From positions 22,196,001 to 22,260,000 of the forward strand of contig OZ024756.1 of assembly GCA_964016885.1 (NCBI GenBank): a stretch of 64,000 bases of DNA, written 5' to 3'. This DNA comes from Eledone cirrhosa (taxonomy: Eukaryota). This document shows positions 1 to 12,239 of the stretch, one piece after another. The translations under genes were made by a program, and so were the position numbers. The notes under the pieces are model-generated. The model had not been told where the DNA came from and did not search any database. It worked only from the letters and a program-made list of their open reading frames with translations. Numbering within the stretch: the first letter of the stretch is position 1; every line of letters begins with the position of its first letter.

Positions 1-98
1 TAATATCGTATATCTACTCCAAAACTTGTCAAGTGCTTTATATCAGTTATAAAATATTTACTTGTTGTAACCCAACAATTTTATATAAAACTTTTGCA
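1..98 (+). mobile_element. 3' end of HHR-bearing PLE/retrozyme-like family B (same as 6125-6221), running into (TA)n
   Basis: Near-identical to 6125-6221 (taatatcgtatatctactccaaaacttg...aaaacttttgc) and to the reverse complement of ~45935-46020. Confidence 0.7.
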
Positions 99-179
99 TA
101 TATATATATATAAATATCTATAAATAAACATCTATAAATAAATATCTATAAATAAATATCTATGTATATATATATATAA

Positions 180-395
180 TTATATATAAATAAATATATA
201 TAAATAAATATATATAAATAAATATATATAAATAAATATATATAAATAAATATATATAAATAAATATATATAAATAAATATATATAAATAAATATATATA
301 AATAAATATATATAAATAAATATATATAAATAAATATATATAAATAAATATATATAAATAAATATATATAAATAAATATATATAAATAAATATCT
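180..395. repeat. 14-bp tandem repeat (TATATATAAATAAA)n
   Basis: Direct reading of the tandem unit. Confidence 0.9.
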
Positions 396-446
396 ATCTA
401 TATAAATTAATATATATAAATAAATATCTATTTATAAATAAATATA

Positions 447-592
447 GCGTTCGGATCTACCTGTTGCAACGGTCGGAGCTCAGCCGTCAGGGCACTGACT
501 CTTTTCCTATTACCCACTCTACTACCCTAAATATCCAGTACTCTGGTGCGTTATGGTCCACCTGGTTCCTTATCACACTTTTTTTGTGTTAT
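447..592 (+). mobile_element. TA-inserted family A element (3' half of an HHR plus tail)
   Basis: Shares gagctcagccgtc and ctggtgcgttatggtccacctgg with copies at 32570, 46195, 49746, 54118 and 54920. Confidence 0.7.
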
Positions 593-860
593 ATACAAAT
601 ATATACATATATATAATGTGTGAATCATAAAATTGTAGGAGTCTGAGCGCGTCCTTAGCTGTGAACATCAGATTTCTATGTGCATAGCAAAATTCGGGTT
701 AAAATGCAACCACATATTGAGGGGAGAGTGCAAAAGACAATAGAAGATAGAGTGTCCATGAGATGAGAATATAGAGAGAGACAGGGACGAGAGGGGTAGA
801 AGAGAAAAGGGGGAATGAGATCGATAGAGCAAATCATATATATTCATATATATATTTATC

Positions 861-944
<84 letters not shown>

Positions 945-1125
945 TATATATATATGAATGCATGTATAGTATATTTGATAATATACTGTATGTTTAATTA
1001 AAAACATTAAATTACAAATATACTATACATACATTCATATATACATCACCATCTGATAGCACCAATATTATATATATATATATATATATATAGTTAAAAG
1101 AATAGAGGTGTAACACACAAGTTAT

Positions 1126-1571
1126 TATATATTGGTAAACGGAATAGAAAATGCTGACAAATTGTTCACAGTTGAAAAATGGTTTAATTAGGAATAAAAG
1201 AGTATTAGTGATTGTATGGGTTAGTATTCAGTTGTGGTTTTAAGTTTTTAAGTTTTTACCGGTTGCGCATTTCTAAATGCTTTTCAAAAATAATTTTGAG
1301 ATAGAGTGTCAAAAATAATTTTGAGATAGAGTGTCCGTGCTGTTTGCTCTGATCTGAGCAAACAGCACGGACACTCAGATCAGAGCAAACAACACGGACA
1401 CTCTATCTCAAAATTATTTTTGAAAAGCATTTAGAAATGCGCAACCGGTAAAAACTTAAAAACTTAAAACCACAACTGAATACTAACCCATACAATCACT
1501 AATACTCTTTTATTCCTAATTAAACCATTTTTCAACTGTGAACAATTTGTCAGCATTTTCTATTCCGTTTA

Positions 1572-1581
<10 letters not shown>
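1126..1581. mobile_element. Fold-back palindromic element between (TA)n tracts; each arm carries a variant HHR-like fold
   Basis: The arms are near-perfect reverse complements. Plus strand 1417-1453 reads TTT-TTGAAAA-GCATTT/AAATGC-GCAA-CCGG-TA-AAA. Confidence 0.75.
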
Positions 1582-1614
<33 letters not shown>

Positions 1615-1763
1615 ATATACCTCTTACACTTTCAACCAGTGCTGCCTGTAATTGTGTTCTCTCAAGCAAAACATCTTTTTAACTCCTGACTCTCCACATG
1701 ATGCTTTTGACACTAAAAACAATTATGTACCCTGAGTGTTCTGAATAACTAGGACATTCTCTA

Positions 1764-1809
1764 TGCTCCGATGATTCCAGACTTCCATCTGGAAGAAACA
1801 ATGTCAGCA
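1764..1809 (+). ncRNA. Type I hammerhead ribozyme (U4->C variant)
   Basis: TGCT-CCGATGA-TTCCAGA/TCTGGAA-GAAA-CAATG-TC-AGCA; stems I, II and III all pair; GUC cleavage triplet. Confidence 0.8.
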
Positions 1810-1880
1810 AATAAATGTTCTAAACTAAAATTTGATCGTTTTAACACTTTGTATATATATATATATATGTGTGGGTGTGT

Positions 1881-1934
<54 letters not shown>

Positions 1935-2468
1935 CATGATGAAGTGGATGTAGAAAATGATATTGTATTCAGCTTCGGAAGCCTCTATTACTGTTTATAT
2001 ATTTTATGTGTTTTTTCTCGTTTCAATTTACGTATTTTGTATGATTTTTATATTTTGGTGTTGTGCAATGTTTTATTCACTAAACAATTACGCAAGTATC
2101 TCTCCAGATTAGACGCATGAAATAATAGAAAATTGCTAGAACAACAACTACAACAATAACTACAACAACATCAACTAGAGCAAAGATAGTAATAATCATA
2201 GCAATAATACTATAATCCTCTATTGGAGACTGCTGCTTGACTCCAAATCATAAATGGATACTCAGATGGTTAATTAAATTGACACAGAGAAAGCCAGACC
2301 AATAGAAAAAACAGTCTGATAGAAAGAGAGGCAGACAGGCCGACAAATAGATAGATAGATGGGTAGATAGATAGTGATAAATAGATAGATAGATAGGTAG
2401 GTAGATAGTGATAAATAGATAGATAGATAGTGAGATATATAGATAGTGAGATAGATAGAGAGAAAGCG

Positions 2469-2542
<74 letters not shown>

Positions 2543-2645
2543 AAATATATATGTGAAAATGATTCTGTGGGAATGAGACGGAGGAAGGAGGGTAAAATCA
2601 TCCCAAGCAAAATGAACTCAATAGTATACAGAGTGTGAAATAATG

Positions 2646-3358
2646 GTTTCTTATATAGGCACAAGGCCATCAATTTTGGGGGAGGGGAAAGTCGATTAAA
2701 TCGACTCCAGTGCGTGACTGGTACTTTATTTTATCGACCCCGTAAGGATGAAAGGCGATATTAACTTCGGCAGGATTTGAACTCAGATCATAAAGGGCCC
2801 TAACTCTATGCTGCAAGGCATGGTATCCCAACGCTCTACCGATACTGTCAATCCACCACCCTTAGAGTGTGAAATAATGCAATAGCATCGTTGCGGCATA
2901 GAGATACGTCCCTTTACGTTCCGAGTTAAGATATTGCCATGGTTAGCTTGACTTTTCATACTTACATGATCGATAAAATAATGTACCACTAACGTACTGG
3001 GATCGATTTAATCGTCCTTCCCGTTTCACCCTAAATTGTTGAATTTGTGCCTAAATCAGAAGCCATTATTACGGGGTCGATAAAATAAAGTACCAGCAAT
3101 ACACTGGGGTATTTGCTGACCTTGTACCAAATGCAGAAAAAAATATTATTAGTTTTATTTCAGGGCGGTGGATTGGCAGTATCAGTATATGGTCGGCCGC
3201 CATGCTTTGCAGAATAGAATCACAGCCCTTTACGTTCTGAGTTTAAATCCGGCCGAGATTAACTTAGCCTTTCATCCTTACGGGGTCGATAAAATAAAGT
3301 ACCAGTAATGCACTGGATAATTGCTGGCCTTGTACCAAAAGTAGAAACAATTATTATT
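2646..3358. mobile_element. Cluster of about 4 copies or fragments of the major tRNA-derived SINE (minus 2646-2860; plus ~2880-3150 and 3163-3358)
   Basis: A-box-like ggcagtatcggt, B-box-like gagttcaaatcc, conserved gcctttcatccttacggggtcgataaaataaagtaccagt, tail gtagaaacaattatt. Confidence 0.85.
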
Positions 3359-3903
3359 GGTTTAATCTACATCTAAAAATATACACATATATATAATGTG
3401 TGTGTGTGTATATGTGTGTATTTGTGTTTACGTGCGCTCATTTAAATTCATACAGAGTGATTTGTAAATATGATGTGCATGGTGATATTTGATTTATGAA
3501 AATCTAGTGACATTCTGATTTTTCAATCTTAAAGTAATCGTTACTCAAGTACTGTGTTTATTTAGAAGATAAATATAATAAGCTAAATTTGAAAAAAATA
3601 CAAGAGAAAGTAACACTGAAATCATTTTATGCGTGGTAAATGTCAACAAAATGAAAAAAATCAAGCAAGAATTATAACAGAAAAATAACCCCATTAAAAA
3701 TTGAAACTAAGCACCACATGCATGACCTGTGTTCAAAGATTAACAATACTCATAGATTTGTTTTGTTATTTGAAAAACGAATTTGTAAAATATTGAATAA
3801 ATACTAGGAGTGTGCACCTGATAATACTTAAACACACAAAAGAAATTGTTGGCAATGAAACTGGTTTCTATTCTACTTTTCTTAAAGGTTATTCAGCTAT
3901 TTT

Positions 3904-3952
<49 letters not shown>

Positions 3953-3995
3953 TATATATGTGTGTGTATATATATATGTGTATATATTTATATGT

Positions 3996-4043
<48 letters not shown>

Positions 4044-4141
4044 ATATATGTGTATATATTTATATGTATACATGTATATACATATATATATATATATATA
4101 TGTGTATATATATGTGTATATATTTATATGTATACATATAT

Positions 4142-4221
<80 letters not shown>

Positions 4222-4261
4222 TTATATGTATACATATATATACATACATATATATATATAT

Positions 4262-5387
4262 ATATGTATTAGTTATACTATTTATGGTTATGTAAACACA
4301 AAACCTTAAGCAGTTGTAAGTATTTTACACACACCCTAAATAGTGGTAGGCAGTAATGTATTACTACCTTATTACCAGTAAGTTAAGTAGCTCAATGTAA
4401 AAACATCAGATGATTTACAGAGCAGTTATATGAAATATAAGAATCAAAGAACTGTTCAAAACATTATTGTGCTTACAGCTGTTTCCTCCAAACCGAGGTT
4501 TGGATTCTTCGGAGCAATTTATTAATGCATGGACAGTTATATGACCTCCTTTTCAGCCGAGAGACATACCAATACATATTCAAACATTGATACATATTCA
4601 AACATTGTGGGTCAACATTCATTACAGAATTTAGAGTGGCAGTACACACTTCGAGATTACATTTATATTAATAGGTACAATCAAAAAAATCAAAGATATA
4701 GGTTAAAGTACAACATGAAGATAAGTGGTTATATAGTGCAAATGTTATATGTGTGGCACGCATGTGCGTCTTGTTTATATAGTGTGGCAGAGAGATATGT
4801 GTGGTAGAGGCACTTAGGTAGGTAAATAAGAGTGTTAGGTTGGTAGATCTGGTGGCAAAGTCTTTATATGATTGATATAGTCTGTGTGTGGAGAAATATT
4901 ATAAGCATTAAAGATAGTGCAAGCATTAAAAGTGTTATAAGTATTGGAGATGCACAGCGCAGGGATGTCAAGTAATTCATGTACTTCGGTATTTTCATGG
5001 TCAAGGGAGTGTATATTTCGATTATATGCCTTTCACATAATCCACGACAATCCAGTTAGAGATCGTAGTCTGGTGCTCTTTAGTTCGATACAGGTGGTTG
5101 TTACGTTTCGAGAGACGCCATTGATTTTTTTGATTGTACCTATTAATATAAATGTAATCTCGAAGTGTGTACTGCCACTCTAAATTCTGTAATGAATGTT
5201 GACCCACAATGTTTGAATATGTATCAATGTTTGAATATGTATTGGTATGTCTCTCGGCTGAAAAGGAGGTCATATAACTGTCCATGCATTAATAAATTGC
5301 TCCGAAGAATCCAAACCTCGGTTTGGAGGAAACAGCTGTAAGCACAATAATGTTTTGAACAGTTCTTTGATTCTTATATTTCATATA
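4262..5387. mobile_element. PLE-like insertion in (TA)n with 267-bp inverted arms (4427-4693 / 5121-5387), each with an HHR
   Basis: The arms are reverse complements; HHRs at 5298-5344 (+) and 4470-4516 (-). Confidence 0.8.
5298..5344 (+). ncRNA. Minimal type I hammerhead ribozyme with palindromic stem III
   Basis: TGCT-CCGAAGA-A-TCCAAAC/GTTTGGA-G-GAAA-CAGCTG-TA-AGCA; mirror copy at 4470-4516 on the minus strand. Confidence 0.75.
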
Positions 5388-5472
5388 TATATGTATATAT
5401 TTATATGTATACATATATATATACATACATATATCTATCTATCTATATATATATTTATATGTATACATATAT

Positions 5473-5519
<47 letters not shown>

Positions 5520-5692
5520 TTGGTACATATGTATATGTAAATATATGTGTCTGTCTTAAGCCAGAAGGCTCATTTGGCCGGTGCTCATCCGGGTTTCATG
5601 TCGTGAAGCGACTGAGAGTACAATACTCCCCCCCTGGACAATTGGGAATATTTCACATGAAAGCGAATTTAAAATACATATGTTTATTATTC

Positions 5693-5746
<54 letters not shown>

Positions 5747-5784
5747 ATTAAATAAATGGCAACTATATTTATAAAACCATATTT

Positions 5785-5848
5785 ATTTCATTATATATAT
5801 TTCGGGGATATCATATTAACAATATGTTATGCCTTCCTCAGACAAAAT
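5785..5848 (-). ncRNA. Type I hammerhead ribozyme (tandem sister copy)
   Basis: Minus strand: ATTTTGT-CTGAGGA-stem II-GAAA-TATATA-TA-ATGAAAT. Confidence 0.75.
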
Positions 5849-5974
5849 ACAATATAAACAGTTTTATAGATAAATAGATTCGACATACCGTTATAACACC
5901 GACTTCCATTTGAAGAGGTTTAGGCTGATATACGATATTAAACAAATGGAAACTATATTTATAAAACCATATTT

Positions 5975-6037
5975 ATTTCATTATACATATTTCAGGGATA
6001 CCATATTAAAATACGGCATGCCTTCTTCAGATAAAAT
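5975..6037 (-). ncRNA. Canonical type I hammerhead ribozyme
   Basis: Minus strand: ATTTTAT-CTGAAGA-AGGCATGCCGTATT tt AATATGGTATCCCT-GAAA-TATGTA-TA-ATGAAAT. Confidence 0.85.
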
Positions 6038-6218
6038 ACAATATATAAGCAGTTTTATAAATGGTAACCCTGAAATATGTATAATGAAATAAATATGGTT
6101 TTATAAATATAGTTTCCATTTGTTTAATATCGTATATCTACTCCAAAACTTGTTGATTGCTTTATATCAGTTATAAAATATTTACTCGTTGTAACCCAAC
6201 AATTTTAAATAAAACTTT

Positions 6219-6266
<48 letters not shown>

Positions 6267-6267
<1 letters not shown>

Positions 6268-6458
6268 GAAGGGGTGGTGAACATTTTTTGGCTTTAAAGG
6301 TAGGTATGAAAGAATAGAGCTGTTACTTTTTCAGGGGAGGTAGAGCCGCTCCAATAAGTGTGTGAATTTGAGACGTGAATATGTTGAATAAAATCATAAT
6401 TAACTGATCCTCCTGTATTTTCTTTTATCCAAAGCCAGCAACTGTTCAGTACCATCTC

Positions 6459-6459
<1 letters not shown>
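6267..6459. mobile_element. mariner/Tc1-type MITE
   Basis: About 29-bp imperfect TIRs (cgaaggggtggtgaacattttttggcttt vs reverse complement cgagatggtactgaacagttgctggcttt), TA on both sides. Confidence 0.7.
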
Positions 6460-6495
<36 letters not shown>

Positions 6496-6498
<3 letters not shown>

Positions 6499-6695
6499 CA
6501 TGAGGAACCCACTGGGGGATTGCTCTACTGGGTTACCGATGCAAAGAGACGAGTTTGCCGGCCGTATATCATCTTGAAATCAAGCAATGAAGACAGAACT
6601 AACAGGAGCGGTTTTGCGTGCTGCGATGGTCGAGCGAGGACTCTGGCCCTTCAATTTTGTCAATGCCCCAGCATTGGTTCAAGGCGTCGGATGAC
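6496..6695 (+). mobile_element. RTE-clade LINE 3' fragment
   Basis: Translates HHEEPTGGLLYWVTDAKRRVCRP...AAMVERGLW, resembling the RTE C-terminal LLxWxP...GRP...MxDRxxW block. Confidence 0.55.
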
Positions 6696-6707
6696 TATAT
6701 ATATATA

Positions 6708-6742
<35 letters not shown>

Positions 6743-6744
6743 CC

Positions 6745-6775
<31 letters not shown>

Positions 6776-7380
6776 TTCCAAAACGACTATTTTATTGTTC
6801 CACAATACTTTACCCCCCCCCCCCCCACACACACACACTCTATGTAAAAACGAATTTATAATTAAATTTTTGAAATTATATATCTTTTTATATGTACTTG
6901 CTATGTGTGTATATGCAAAAAGTGAGAGCTTTATCTGTACGTGTGTATACAGGCATACGTTTGTCTATTTCTGCATTACTCTAACTAAAATGGTGAAAAC
7001 AATGTCCATTTGAAATATAAATTAGCCAGAGGATATACAGATCTAGGATTGTTCTTGAGAATTCTGAAAATGTCTGTTCGGACTTAAGAGCTCTCCTAAA
7101 GTATTTTCGGTATTGCTTTTTTAATTTTTATTTCCGTGCGTTTGTGTGTGTATGTATGTACGCACGTGTGGTTGCGTATACTTGGGTATGTGTGGCTTGT
7201 GTGTGTGCATGTGCATGTACGGTATGTGTGCGTGCGTGTATTTGTGTGTGTGAGTGTCTTTGTACACTGTGTGTATTTGTATGAGTATGAGTATGTGTGA
7301 CTGTGTGTGCGTGTGTACACTGTGTGTGTTTACGTCTACATGTGTGTGATTTCGTGTGTGTTAGCTTGTGTTTGCACGTG

Positions 7381-7442
<62 letters not shown>

Positions 7443-8258
7443 GTTCAATGCTGCATAATTTTACGGCCTATTTTTTTGTTTAAATTATCCTGTAGGGATA
7501 AAGTATTGTCTGACACCGTTATTGAGTACTCAAGATCACAAGATCATCAAGGGTTTACAAACATTATTGGATGCTTGTCTGTACTTACGAATACATATTT
7601 TTATTATTTCACTGTTTTCAGTTATTGGATTGTGATAATGCTGGTCTAATGCCTTTAAGTTATATCGACTGCAATATTAAGAACATATTTCATTCACCTT
7701 ACAAAAGGATAAAGGATGAATTATTAATAAAAAAACGTGTATTTCTGTCAGATTGTATGTTTGTGTGTCTCTATATATATTTGTATGTATGCAGGCGTTT
7801 AACTGGGTTTGTATGCGACGTGGGTGTCTAAGTGTGCGTGTGTGTCTAAGGTATGTGTATGTCTAAGATATTAAATATTTGAAAATTAACAAGGAAACAA
7901 TCGGTTGAAACTGAAAAACTCAAGTGATGATTACTACATTTCTTCTAGTATAATTTTAATGAAATTCTTGTATTTGTCGATAATGACGTATTTTCTTCGT
8001 TTTTCCGTTCATTGCCAGAGAACGTCTCCATGAACCACTTAATAGAATATTTGTCTACGACTTCTTTTATACCATAAACGTGGTTTTTGTCTTTGAGTCT
8101 AATTGTTTTTCACCGCTCCAATTAATGACGTATTATCTTCGTTTTTCCCCCGTTCTTTGCCAGGGAACGTTTCACGAACCAAAGTATCGTCTTCCTCTCT
8201 TCCTCCGGTTGCAACGTTTTATAATATTTACTTCTTCGTTCACAGATTGACTTTTTTT

Positions 8259-8309
8259 AGTTTCAGAAGATACCGTTAAGGGTGAAAGCAGCGATTCATT
8301 GCTTAAACT
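8259..8309 (+). ncRNA. HHR-like fold (CAGAAGA core variant), family C
   Basis: AGTTT-CAGAAGA-stem II-GAAA-GCA...TGC-TT-AAACT; related sequence at 13744-13873, 14355-14490 and 49985-50335. Confidence 0.6.
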
Positions 8310-8329
8310 TTAATCTATTATTTTAACAA

Positions 8330-8398
<69 letters not shown>

Positions 8399-8433
8399 CA
8401 TGTATACACATACACACATACATACATACACAT

Positions 8434-8467
<34 letters not shown>

Positions 8468-8859
8468 GTATATGTATCAATAAAGCTTGGGCGTGCAGCT
8501 TTTAAAATCGAATTCACCAAAGAACAATGCAGACAATTATATTTGTGTTGCCGTTCATGAACGATGGAAAAGTAAAATTTTGAAGAAAGATTCGCTCAAC
8601 TGTAATTTATTTCGTTAAAAAATAGTGTCCTCGTGTTTCCATTGTTTGGTTTAACTGAATAAATTCGATTGTTTCAATATTTGCTATAGATTTCTGCCTT
8701 TGGCATTCAGACAAGTCGTGGCAGCGTTATGAGCAAAGAAATCTGTCTCGTATTTTCAATTTACTTCACGTGAAGAGAAGCTGAGAAAACATGGATAAGA
8801 TTGTTACTTAGTAACTGGAAAACTAACTTCAAGTTTGATGGATCGTATTACTGTCGCTA

Positions 8860-9237
8860 AGGCAGTGAATTGGCAGAGTCGTTAGAACGTTGGGTAAAAT
8901 GCTTTATGGTATTCTTTCCGGCTCTCTCAGCTCTCTGAGTTCAAGTGACACCGAGGACTGCTTTGCCTTTAATCCGTTTGAGGACGATGAAAAATGTACC
9001 AGTCTCGTACTGTGATCGATTCTTCCTCTAGATCTCTTCCTTATTTTCTCTCCCTCACTATCTAACTTTCTCTGGAAGAAATCTACTGTACTCAGACCTG
9101 GAGAGGAATGGGCTCCGTCGGGCTTAATATGCCTAGGAAACACCGTATATCAATGTTCAGAGCCATCCTTAGCATTCTCGTGTAGCACCCATCCACCATC
9201 TGAGGGAATCTCTTGGTCGGTGTCCAAGCCTCAGACG
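8860..9237. mobile_element. Diverged tRNA-SINE (+) joined to an antisense RTE RT fragment; a similar composite lies at ~38870-39130
   Basis: ggcagagtcgttagaacg...gagttcaag head; the minus strand near 9145-9235 reads SEAWTPTKRFPQMVDGCYTRMLRMALNI. Confidence 0.65.
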
Positions 9238-9516
9238 ATAATGTAAAGCCAGATAATTCTTCTAAAATAATCTAAACTATAATTTTAATTATCATAAATA
9301 TTATCACTGATAGTGTTGTTCGTAGTTTGTTAATACAGCTGCTGTTGTTGTTTTTTACTCTTCGTTCTCCAGTTTCTTTCATGACATAGTTGTATGTAAG
9401 TATATGTTTTATCAATGTTATATCAATGTTTACGCTGTGGCAGTTTCTATGAGTTCAACGGCCGAGTTTCGCCTTCACCTACCTATCCACCAATCTATAT
9501 GTGTGTGTGTGTATGC

Positions 9517-9548
<32 letters not shown>

Positions 9549-9671
9549 TGTTATACTTGGGGGGGGGGGGTCATATTGCTACAATATTGCCAGAAATAAT
9601 TGCCAGAAATAATAACAGAACACACTCACTGTTTGGTTTGGGCTGGTTTTCGCTTCTGTATCTTTTGCAAA

Positions 9672-9728
<57 letters not shown>

Positions 9729-9732
9729 TATT

Positions 9733-9867
9733 TCTTTATTAGCCACAGGGGCACAAAAGAAGGGGACAAATACAAAGGGGGAAGTTTACATACAATAAAA
9801 ACGTGTAAAATGTTATCACAGATGGAATTTAAAAGTTAGTCGATTTTCCCCAATAGAGGGAGACAGT
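9733..9867 (-). mobile_element. 3' end of the Tx1/L1-like LINE, inside (GATA)n
   Basis: tttctttattagccacaggggcacaaaagaagggg matches 27355 onward; GATA arrays on both sides. Confidence 0.7.
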
Positions 9868-9869
9868 TT

Positions 9870-9911
<42 letters not shown>

Positions 9912-10029
9912 CGAACGAAAAGATCCCAGACCTAATTTCCTTAACGAATGCGGTGGAGCTCGTCAAATCTGACGAGGAAACAAGGTTTCCATTGGTCTTT
10001 CTAATTGCTAATACTACCTGTCGGTCGGA

Positions 10030-10155
10030 AATCCAGGCAGAAGGAGCATCGTGAAATAAAGTGTCTTGCTGAAAGATATAACGCCACCCTCGGTCCGGGA
10101 ATTGAAATGACAACCTCACGATTGTGAATCCAATTCTCTAATCACTCAGCCACGC
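10030..10155 (-). mobile_element. CORE-like tRNA SINE (related to 31360-31490 and 36280-36535)
   Basis: gaaataaagtgtcttgctgaaag core-like block and tRNA head ending ctaatcactcagccacg. Confidence 0.6.
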
Positions 10156-10304
10156 ATACATACAATGTATATATATATATATATGCATATACACACTCAC
10201 ACACGCACATATACATATACATACATATTGGGTCATCAACTATGGAATTTGTAGAAACTTGTTGAAGAAAAAACAAATCTCTACAAATTTCATACTGGAT
10301 GACT

Positions 10305-10380
<76 letters not shown>

Positions 10381-10429
10381 AATAAGATAACAATAACGAT
10401 TGGTTACTCCTTCATTACGTTTACTGGTT

Positions 10430-10519
10430 GGTGACGCGCGTTTCACCACTGACCAGCTCAAGGTTCGATCTGTATGGATCTGATCTGACCTGACTCTGTA
10501 ACCCGCGGCTCGTCAGACC
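10430..10519 (-). ncRNA. Canonical type I hammerhead ribozyme with extended stem II
   Basis: Minus strand: GGT-CTGACGA-GCCGC...GTGGT-GAAA-CGCGCG-TC-ACC; palindromic stem III; GUC triplet; element lies between (TA)n tracts. Confidence 0.8.
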
Positions 10520-10602
10520 CCTTGCACTGTTAATGGAAGAATGTTATATATATATATTCCAAAAGATGTCAACATGAATCGACCTGTTACTTTATATTTC
10601 TC

Positions 10603-10729
10603 ATTATTTCTTCTGGTGAGGTTAACTTTGCCTTTCATCCTTACGGGGTCGATAAAATAAAGTACCAGTAATGCACTGGGTAATTGCTGGCCTTGTGCCA
10701 AAAGTAGAAACAATTATTTCTTCTGGTGA
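10603..10729 (+). mobile_element. 5'-truncated SINE with a ~17-bp target-site duplication
   Basis: attatttcttctggtga at 10603-10619 and 10713-10729 flanks the SINE 3' half. Confidence 0.8.
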
Positions 10730-10848
10730 AGGACTAGCGCCCGAAACGTTAACACCCTCTTCCTGCTATTTCAAGCGTTAACCTAATATATTCCTTCCAT
10801 ATACTGTACCGATTGTGTTGTTATTTATATATATATATATATATACAC

Positions 10849-10879
<31 letters not shown>

Positions 10880-11394
10880 CGCCTATGTGTTTGGGTGTGT
10901 ATATTTCCTTCTGCGTATTTGAGTGCGTGTGTGTGTGTGTGTGAGTGTGAGTGTGTGTGTGTGTGTGTGTGCGTGCGTGTGTGCGTGCGTGCGTGTTTTC
11001 TGTATAGGTGTACCCATGTTTGTTTAAATGTTTGTAAGGCAAATAAACCAAATCTGAATTGATGCAGGAATTCAAAAGATGAATAGATACTCAGACTCGG
11101 CTGTGTCCATTGGTGTATTTGATGTACGTGTCTACATGACTGTGTGCGTGCGTTTGCATATGTATGTGCGTATGCATGTGTAGATCTCTATACATGTGTG
11201 GCATTGTGTATGTGTACGTATCCGTGTAGGTCTATATAAATATGTGGTATTGTGTATGCGTACGAAATCCGTGTAGGTTTATATATGTATGTATCCGTGT
11301 ATATCCATCTACATGCATTGTAGATGTGTATGCGTGTTTGCGTGTGACTCTGCATACATACAAGCATGTATGTATGCTTGTTGATGTACATGTA

Positions 11395-11428
<34 letters not shown>

Positions 11429-11554
11429 CATATGTGTATGCTGTTATGTGTGCCTATATGTGTGTGTATGTATGTGCACATGTATATATATATATATATA
11501 AATATATATATATGTGTATATATATATATATATATGCATATATATATATATATA

Positions 11555-11626
<72 letters not shown>

Positions 11627-11702
11627 TATATATATATATATATGCATATATATATATGCATATATATATATATGAATATATATATAAATATATATGTATA
11701 TA

Positions 11703-11792
<90 letters not shown>

Positions 11793-11852
11793 TATATATA
11801 TATATATGCATATATATATATGCATACATATATATATATGCATATATATATA

Positions 11853-11975
<123 letters not shown>

Positions 11976-12047
11976 GCATATATATATATATATACATACA
12001 CTTACATACATATATATATATATATGAGTATATTTGTGCATGTGGGA

Positions 12048-12121
<74 letters not shown>

Positions 12122-12224
12122 TATATATGTGTGTATGTGTGTTAGCGAGAGAGAGAGAGAGAGTGTGTGTGTGTGTGTGTATGCCGCCATTCGTCTATAT
12201 GTGGTCTTATTACTATTTTTTTCT

Positions 12225-12239
12225 CCACCAGATGGCGCC
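12225..12239 (+). promoter_or_regulatory. Candidate CTCF-binding motif
   Basis: CCACCAGATGGCGCC matches the CTCF core CCASYAGRKGGCRS; lies in a unique island between microsatellites. Confidence 0.35.

Larger units (their letters stand above)
5745..6221 (-). mobile_element. Family B: two tandem ~190-nt HHR units (minus) plus an inverted third partial unit, flanked by (TA)n
   Basis: HHRs at 5785-5848 and 5975-6037 are 190 nt apart; ~6061-6135 is an inverted copy starting inside stem II. Confidence 0.8.
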
